Shown here piece by piece: positions 7,681 to 13,658 of a stretch of 32,000 nucleotides of DNA. The notes beneath the pieces are model-generated. The model worked only from the letters and a program-made list of their open reading frames with translations, had not been told where the DNA came from and did no database searches. Source of the DNA: Cyclobacterium sp. 1_MG-2023. Its GTDB lineage: Bacteria > Bacteroidota > Bacteroidia > Cytophagales > Cyclobacteriaceae. Numbering within the stretch: the stretch's first letter is position 1; each line of letters begins with the position of its first letter. The position numbers and the translations under genes were made by a program. Location of the stretch: positions 114,081 to 146,080 of the forward strand of contig NZ_JAUOPC010000001.1 of the NCBI RefSeq assembly GCF_030546805.1, read 5' to 3'.

Positions 7681-7938
7681 CCTATGACTCGATTAAGGCC
7701 TCGGTTCATTGTAGTCCTGTTCGATCAGTATTGGACTCGGCCTCTGCTAGCTTTTTATGTTGGATATTGGATAGTTTTGTTGGGGGAATTAGGAAGCAAT
7801 TGAATTTTTATATAGTGCCAATAAATATGACCAATTAGAGCTTTTTGTTCCCTTATCCATTTCTAGTCCATTTCCCACAGTTTCCATTAAAACATTAGGA
7901 TATCCAATGGATTCCTTGCCTGAAATCCTTAATTTACT
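7681..7938 (+). repeat. Junction repeat, long form C, ending in the R-core at 7880-7938
   Basis: The left motif CCTATGAC is followed by GATTAAGGCCTCGGTTCATTGTAGTCCTGTTCGATCAGTA, which is homologous to 10520-10560. Next come a GCAATTGAATTTTTAT segment related to 4926-4945 and then CCATTTC.AGTCCATTTCCCACAGTTTCCATTAAA. Confidence 0.8.
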
Positions 7939-7944
7939 AGAATA

Positions 7945-7985
7945 AAAAACCGAAATAGCGGTAAGGTTGTTCGGTTTCGGTTTTT
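7945..7985. terminator. Bidirectional terminator-like hairpin
   Basis: AAAAACCGAAA (7945-7955) and TTTCGGTTTTT (7975-7985) form a perfect 11-bp stem flanked by A and T tracts. It sits immediately after R-core copy C. Confidence 0.55.
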
Positions 7986-8055
7986 AATTAAATTTACGGG
8001 TGGGATCTGGAAGAGAAAGTCGTGCTATTACATGGCAAAAAAAGGCATAATTCCC

Positions 8056-8115
8056 ACATTAGGCATTTAGTAATTTGTACAAGCTTTAGTAGTTCTTATA
8101 TTGTATTCTTCAAAC
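8056..8115 (+). repeat. S-block repeat copy 2 (60 nt), upstream of the antitoxin/ParE pair
   Basis: The sequence is ACATTAGG...GCTTTAGTAGTTCTTATATTGTATTCTTCAAAC. See copy 1 at 5139-5198. Confidence 0.85.
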
Positions 8116-8202
8116 AGAAGATATCTCAGTTTCACTTCTCATAAGCTAAAAAATTAAAAAGTACACTATTATTAATAATTTGGAAACATAAAATACAATC
8201 TT

Positions 8203-8418
8203 ATGTCAAAGGTAAAAGACAAACTTATAGATCAAATTACATCCTTAAACGATGAGGAGCTATTGGAATCAATATCAAATATGGTGAGTCAATTAAGTGC
8301 TGATGGGACGATCGAATTGTCGGAAGAAGTGCAGCAGGAGCTAGAAAAAAGAAGCGCAGAAATTAAAAAAGGAAATTTTATGACAAACGAAGATTTTGTA
8401 AAGAGATTTAACAAATGA
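8203..8418 (+). CDS. Small antitoxin partner of the ParE/RelE-family toxin
   Basis: This is a 71-aa acidic helical protein. Its stop overlaps the toxin start in ATGA at 8415-8418, which is the classic type II TA arrangement. Confidence 0.7.
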   Translation: MSKVKDKLIDQITSLNDEELLESISNMVSQLSADGTIELSEEVQQELEKRSAEIKKGNFMTNEDFVKRFNK

Positions 8419-8711
8419 AATTGAAAACAATTTGGTCATTAGAAGCAATTTATGAATTTGAAGCTATTTGTGAATACTGGGACAAAAGAAACAATTCAAA
8501 TTTATATAGCCGTAAATTGTTCAAATTAACTCAAGAAGTTATTAAAATAATAGAGAAACACCCCAAATTGGGAGTAAATTCAAATTCAGCAAATATAAAA
8601 ATGAGACTTGTTGAAAATAATTACTATTTAATTTACAAAATTTGCGATGAACACATTGAAATTTTAAAATTTTGGGACACTAGGCAAAATCCGAAAAAGA
8701 GAAAATTTTAA
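8415..8711 (+). CDS. Type II toxin, RelE/ParE family
   Basis: The protein is 98 aa. The N-terminus IWSLEAIYEFEAICEYW and the C-terminus HIEILKFWDTRQNPKKRKF match the pattern of Bacteroidota ParE-like toxins (FD.RQNPKK tail). Confidence 0.8.
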   Translation: MKLKTIWSLEAIYEFEAICEYWDKRNNSNLYSRKLFKLTQEVIKIIEKHPKLGVNSNSANIKMRLVENNYYLIYKICDEHIEILKFWDTRQNPKKRKF

Positions 8712-8881
8712 AAAAACGAGAGGTAATTGAGTGATTGGCTACTAACTAAAAGCCTACAGAGTTTCCCTTACGATTTATCCCGAATATAGGGGACAAGGTA
8801 CCCTTAAAAAAATTAGCCTAAGCAGAACATTTTCCGTGTCTGCCCTTTATTTAGAAGGCTTTTTCTTTCAAGCATGTGTTA

Positions 8882-9065
8882 GTCTCAAACTGATCAGTTT
8901 TTGCTTTATGGGCAATTAAAGGTACAATTTGACACTGTATAAATCTCGCATTAATTGTCTACCCAATGCAGCAAATCCTTTAACCATTTCCAGACCATTT
9001 TCAGCAGTTTCCATTAAATTCTTAGTCTATTAACTGGATACTTTGTCTGGAATGCTTAATTTGGC
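8882..9065 (+). repeat. Junction repeat, long form B (~184 nt) ending in the R-core at 9007-9065
   Basis: It is colinear with 4894-5077. In this copy only, the core end forms a perfect 10-bp hairpin: TGCTTAATTT (9053-9062), ggcaggg, AAATTAAGCA (9070-9079). Confidence 0.9.
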
Positions 9066-9169
9066 AGGGAAATTAAGCAGAAGTGGCTGAGTGCTTAGTT
9101 GATAAATACATAACTCCTTAGATAAACTTACTTATATACATTTATTGTAGGTAATTGAAAAAAATGTAA

Positions 9170-9937
9170 ATGGCATATTCGTTTGATATTGTTGATCAAA
9201 AAGTAAATGAAACTGAATTCTTTTTGAAAAAGATGGTTGAAGCTGAGAGCAATTGGTTCGAATTCTCTTGCTATTTAACAGCATTCCTTTCTGCATCAAG
9301 AACCATTACACTCGCACTTCAACGATTTAAATTTATAGATGGATTTAATGACTGGTATGAACCACACCAGTCAGTTCTTAAGGGAGATCCATTAGCTAAA
9401 TTTTTTCTTGAAATTCGAAATGATAATGTGCATGGCGGACCGAACCCAGTTGTTGGAGTATCATTTTACCATGGTAAATCTAAATATCGTTTTAAGGAAC
9501 AGGACAAACTGGAGCATGGTGATATTGTTTCAAGTTGTCGAATACACTTTATAAAGCTGCTTGAAATTGTTCATGATTGTTATGTGGTGTTGGGAGTTCA
9601 TATTGACCCACAACAATATTACACAAAGGAAAATTTTTCAACATTAGGATGCAATATTAATGATGCTGAAGTAGAGATTTGGGGTTGGGTAATGACATCT
9701 TTTATTGATGATGGGATGGATGAAGATGACCGATGGCACGAATTAAGAGGAAGAGTTGGAGAGTGTCATATTAATCATCTCTTTAAAGGGTATTTAAATA
9801 AAGTCACGCCTCAACCTAATATTCCGGATAGAATACAGGACTTTGACTTTACTGATGAAGATAGAGGATGGACATACATTCCACCCGGGTTTAATACAAT
9901 AGACGATTATCTAAAAACAATTGACAAAATAAAGTAA
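9170..9937 (+). CDS. Hypothetical protein (255 aa) with a possible HEPN-like Rx4H motif
   Basis: The ORF is long and uninterrupted and I recognise no family. FFLEIRNDNVHGG contains R-N-x3-H, the spacing typical of HEPN active sites. This rests on the motif only. Confidence 0.5.
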   Translation: MAYSFDIVDQKVNETEFFLKKMVEAESNWFEFSCYLTAFLSASRTITLALQRFKFIDGFNDWYEPHQSVLKGDPLAKFFLEIRNDNVHGGPNPVVGVSFYHGKSKYRFKEQDKLEHGDIVSSCRIHFIKLLEIVHDCYVVLGVHIDPQQYYTKENFSTLGCNINDAEVEIWGWVMTSFIDDGMDEDDRWHELRGRVGECHINHLFKGYLNKVTPQPNIPDRIQDFDFTDEDRGWTYIPPGFNTIDDYLKTIDKIK

Positions 9938-10008
9938 CTACCTACACAATTGTGTAAAAATGCATTAAAACGTATTTTACACGAAACGTTGCCACACTTA
10001 TTCGAACC

Positions 10009-10476
10009 ATGAAACATTTCGCTTTTGGATTAACATTTATAATTATGACCTCTTGTGGACAGGCTGATATTCAAAGTGGACCACAAGCAGATAACTTGAA
10101 AGTAGAAGAACCTAATATCAAATCAGAAACTTTTGATGATGAAATTATAACCTTACTTTATGAAAAATTAGACTCTGGATTTGATATTGACTTTAAGCAA
10201 AACCATCTTGAGAGCATTTTAAAAAATCTAGATATATTGAGTTTAAAAGAGGGAGAGGAATTTGAAAAAGAAATGCTCTTCGAAGACTATAAATGTGACT
10301 GCCTTGACAAAATAAAAATCTATTATGATAAAGCGGATGACAGATTTATACTATGGGTCTATGAAGAATTTTATGAAACTGATTTAGATTGGTGTCCTGA
10401 AACCTCATATTCCTATTCTTTTCAAATTGTGAACCATAAAATTACGGACTTGAAATTGGACTTTATGGCCGGATAA
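10009..10476 (+). CDS. Hypothetical lipoprotein
   Basis: There is a signal peptide with a lipobox-like IIMTSC|GQ. The mature part is acidic. Confidence 0.6.
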   Translation: MKHFAFGLTFIIMTSCGQADIQSGPQADNLKVEEPNIKSETFDDEIITLLYEKLDSGFDIDFKQNHLESILKNLDILSLKEGEEFEKEMLFEDYKCDCLDKIKIYYDKADDRFILWVYEEFYETDLDWCPETSYSYSFQIVNHKITDLKLDFMAG

Positions 10477-10519
10477 AAAAAATAAAATACGTTTGGCAAC
10501 AATTAAGCTATAATTATGC

Positions 10520-10649
10520 GATTTAGCCTTCGGTTCATTATAGTCCCAATCGATCGGTATAGCTTAGCCAATTCCTGACCATATTCAACTGTTTCCATTA
10601 AATTCTTAGTCTATCTATTGGATACCTAGTCATAAACGCTTAATTTAAA
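10520..10649 (+). repeat. Junction repeat, short form D, ending in the R-core at 10591-10649
   Basis: GATTTAGCCTTCGGTTCATTATAGTCCCAATCGATCGGTAT is homologous to 7691-7730. The core matches the 9007 core at 47/59 positions by hand count, and the first 24 nt are identical. Confidence 0.85.
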
Positions 10650-10740
10650 AAGAAATCAATTCAGTCGGTACATAGCTGATTTATGTAACTACTTGGATAA
10701 ACTTAATTATTTACAGTTGTTAGCATACATTAAAAAAACT

Positions 10741-11118
10741 ATGAGTAAAATAGAATTAAACTTTTGCAAAATTGTTCAAGATTCTCAAGATTATGGGAGT
10801 AATAATGAGCATATGATTTCAAGAGTATACTTCACAGTTGATGAAAAAGAATATGAATGTAATGTTCGACAACCTTATGGAGAAAGTTTTTCATTTGAAA
10901 AGGATCCAATTGAAGTTGAAGCACCCGAAGAATTAAAAAAAATAATCAACTATGGACAATTTAGAGATGAAGTTGAAAATTATTTTCGAAAAGCCGTTAG
11001 TGCTAATGCACACGGAATCCGAATTGATGGAGGAATGAATATTAGAATGCGAAATAATACTATAGAGAATCCACACAAAACGAGTATTGACAAAGCAGGA
11101 ATAAGTGGTGCTTGGTAA
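10741..11118 (+). CDS. Hypothetical protein (orphan, 125 aa from the ATG at 10741)
   Basis: The frame is open and I recognise no family. I prefer the ATG at 10741 over the TTG at 10693. Confidence 0.5.
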   Translation: MSKIELNFCKIVQDSQDYGSNNEHMISRVYFTVDEKEYECNVRQPYGESFSFEKDPIEVEAPEELKKIINYGQFRDEVENYFRKAVSANAHGIRIDGGMNIRMRNNTIENPHKTSIDKAGISGAW

Positions 11119-11206
11119 AAAAAATGGTATGCTAATAACTAAGCATTCTGACATTTGGAACAGCCTAGTCTGAGTGCAATGAAAAGTTTAGGGAATATAT
11201 CAATAT

Positions 11207-11228
11207 CCCTTCGACAAGCTCAGGGACC
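11207..11228 (-). repeat. REP-like element (inverted copy of the P-type core)
   Basis: The reverse complement of CCCTTCGACAAGCTCAGGGACC is GGTCCCTGAGCTTGTCGAAGGG. This matches 2033-2054 (GGTCCCTGAGGCTGTCGAAGGG) at 20/22 positions. Confidence 0.8.
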
Positions 11229-11367
11229 AGTTCTAGTCTAGGCAATGGGTGCTGTTGGCTGTGTTTAAATTAGACTTGCTAGGGTAAATGATTTCCTTTT
11301 AATGTATGGCCTACAGCTAAGTGTGAGTAAGGTGAAAATACAATCCTTCTTTAAAATTGGTAATAAA

Positions 11368-11706
11368 ATGGAAACCAGTAAAGTATATCTCTGTAGAGTG
11401 GAAAGGTCGAAAATAAACGGTAATTATACTGTTTGGTTACCGGAACAACCGGACGATGATTTTGTTGATCTGTTGGTGGATAAAAATGATTTATTACAAG
11501 GGGAACTGTGGGGAATTCTTTTAAAAACCGGTGCCAGGGATAGCAACTTAGATGTTTCAAAGGTCTATTTTGCCCCTGAAGGAGATGTCTTTGTCTCCTA
11601 TACCAGCGATTATGAATTGAGTAAAAACATGGAGAAAATCCTAAATGAACTGATTTTAAATCAGGAGTACTTTATTAACATGGTCCACCTAAGCGGATTA
11701 GATTAG
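11368..11706 (+). CDS. Hypothetical protein (orphan, 112 aa from the ATG at 11368)
   Basis: The frame is open and I recognise no family. The start is uncertain (ATG at 11302 or 11368). Confidence 0.5.
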   Translation: METSKVYLCRVERSKINGNYTVWLPEQPDDDFVDLLVDKNDLLQGELWGILLKTGARDSNLDVSKVYFAPEGDVFVSYTSDYELSKNMEKILNELILNQEYFINMVHLSGLD

Positions 11707-11783
11707 TAATTGGCAGTATAACAGGTTATTTTTAATGACATTTTTATACCTTTAGCATTATCCGCTATAAAAGGTGTTCTATC

Positions 11784-13073
11784 ATGGTTTTACGTGCGCT
11801 TACCCTTCTTGTTTTTTCCTTTTCCATAGTCAATTTTGCCCAGGCACAAGTAAAATACAATAGGGTGGTGTTTAAACCCAACCCCTATGTAGAATACCAT
11901 CCCAATGGCAATATTTACAAAAAAGGTTTTGTGAATGCCGACAATCAATTCGTTGATACGCTAGCCATTTTCTTTCCCTCTGAAAAATTATCGATGACTG
12001 CCGTTTACGACAATGGGGTGCCGAATGGGTTATGCATTCATTACAATGAGGATGGCTCAATTAGTAGGGAAGGGCTATATGCACAAGGCAAAAAAGAAGG
12101 GCTTTGGATCTATAATAACTATGCTGAATCTAAAGATGGTCTTCCTTATCGCTTCACTGTGAATTATAAAAACGGCCAACTTCATGGAGAGACAATCCTT
12201 TATGAAGGAACACATAAAATCCGCTCCGTACATGCATTTTTAGGTAAACCCGCACCGAATACAATATGGGAAATGTATTACGATAATAGCGATAATTTAT
12301 GGGCTGTTGGCTTCATTTCCGATGACAATCAATTTACCTTGAGGGGCTTATATACGGAAGAGGGGAAATTTGTGGACAAGGTTGGGGTCAGTAAGGAAAA
12401 AACCGAAACTTTTTTAGAAGCCATGAGAACGTTTTATAAGTCCATCCCTAAACAAGAAATAAAGTCGACGTCCAAGGTCACCTATGAGAATAAGACAGTT
12501 ACACATAAATCCGTCCCCTTTAGCACTTATCACGCCAATGGGAAAGTTCATGAGAAAGGCTATCGCAATGCCAAAGAGCAGCTTGTTGGAAAGTTACAAA
12601 CCTTCTATTCGTCAGGCACTTTAAAATCCGAAATGTACTATTTCAATGGAGCGCTTCAAGGTGACTGTACGCATTATAATGAGGATGGTACCACTAAAAT
12701 GCAAGGCAAATATGCCAAAGGTAAAAAAGATGGTTTATGGATTTATCCTGATTACATCAAGAATAATGGGGCTAGGTTTAGTTATGAGGTACATTACAAA
12801 AACGACCTGGTTCATGGAGAAACCTTATTCATCCGTGGAGATGAAAAATGGTTGTTGATGACAGCTTCCGAAGGAGTATTGCTTGGGAAATGGGAAACCT
12901 ATTACCCAAATGGCAACCCATCAAGCTCTGGTTTGGTGAGTGCTGCCGGAGATGTTCTTACCCATAAAGTATTTGACAAAGAGGGTAAAAGACTGGTTAC
13001 GATGTTTTCACCGCCTACTCCTGAAAACTTAAGCAAGTCTATCAAGGATGTTTTTGCCACCATTCCTAAATAG
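11784..13073 (+). CDS. MORN-variant / YwqK-like repeat protein, secreted, internally duplicated
   Basis: There is a signal peptide ending FAQAQ. Repeated motifs of the type HYNEDGxxxxxGxYAxGKKxGLWIY and VxYKNxxxHGET occur. The two halves are offset by 633 nt. Confidence 0.6.
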   Translation: MVLRALTLLVFSFSIVNFAQAQVKYNRVVFKPNPYVEYHPNGNIYKKGFVNADNQFVDTLAIFFPSEKLSMTAVYDNGVPNGLCIHYNEDGSISREGLYAQGKKEGLWIYNNYAESKDGLPYRFTVNYKNGQLHGETILYEGTHKIRSVHAFLGKPAPNTIWEMYYDNSDNLWAVGFISDDNQFTLRGLYTEEGKFVDKVGVSKEKTETFLEAMRTFYKSIPKQEIKSTSKVTYENKTVTHKSVPFSTYHANGKVHEKGYRNAKEQLVGKLQTFYSSGTLKSEMYYFNGALQGDCTHYNEDGTTKMQGKYAKGKKDGLWIYPDYIKNNGARFSYEVHYKNDLVHGETLFIRGDEKWLLMTASEGVLLGKWETYYPNGNPSSSGLVSAAGDVLTHKVFDKEGKRLVTMFSPPTPENLSKSIKDVFATIPK

Positions 13074-13658
13074 TAAAACACATAAAAGGTAAGCATTAGT
13101 CGACTGAAGGAAGGTAAAAATACCCGAAGTGACAGGAAAGTACAGGAATCGGAAAGAAACCTGCGGGAATGCAATAGTAACACGAAGGAATGAAAAAGGA
13201 GGTTCTAGTTTCCGAGCCCTGTTTTTTTAAATATGGCATATGCCTTTTCCTAAACCTTTTAAATTGATCCGAATGATTCTTTAAAAAGTGCTTATGCTTT
13301 TGTTGCTAGAAAGAATAAACCTATCCACAGCGGATATTTTTAGGATATTTTTTAAAATTTAGGTGATGGATTAAATTTGACCCGAAAAGGGACAAATGTT
13401 TATAGTCAATGCTTTCAGGTTTGGTATACGACCCTTACAAGGTCTAATATCAGAGAAACCCATTTCTTCCTATTAACCTATAATCCCTTTAGGATCAAAA
13501 TGTCGTTATATTATTTTTATTACATAAGTACGTGATAGATAGAGGGATAATAAAATATAATGGTTATTTTAGATCAGCCAATTCCCGAAAGTGTCCCTAA
13601 ATCCTTCTTGTTCTAGGTCCCTTTCACCAACTCGATCTACAAAACAAATGACCCTCTC

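Noticed and set aside
6140-7803. ORF-track entries 6140-6328 (62 aa) and 7615-7803 (62 aa).
   Set aside because: Both start with non-ATG codons, run through junction repeats (P3 and long form C) and have low-complexity, implausible sequences. I treat them as spurious.
892-10649. The regularly recurring direct repeats could be a CRISPR array.
   Set aside because: The repeats are 0.9-4 kb apart with full-length protein genes between them, are only about 75-80% identical, and have variable centres. No cas genes are present. This is not CRISPR architecture.
13081-13658. A 578-nt gene-free interval with a purine-rich stretch (13090-13200, GAAGG/GGAA repeats) ending in CCCTGTTTTTTT. It could be a riboswitch or sRNA.
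   Set aside because: I could not identify a known riboswitch core or a convincing conserved stem by eye. The region also contains REP-like bits (e.g. TATAATCCCTTTAGGATC). I leave it unexplained and make no call.
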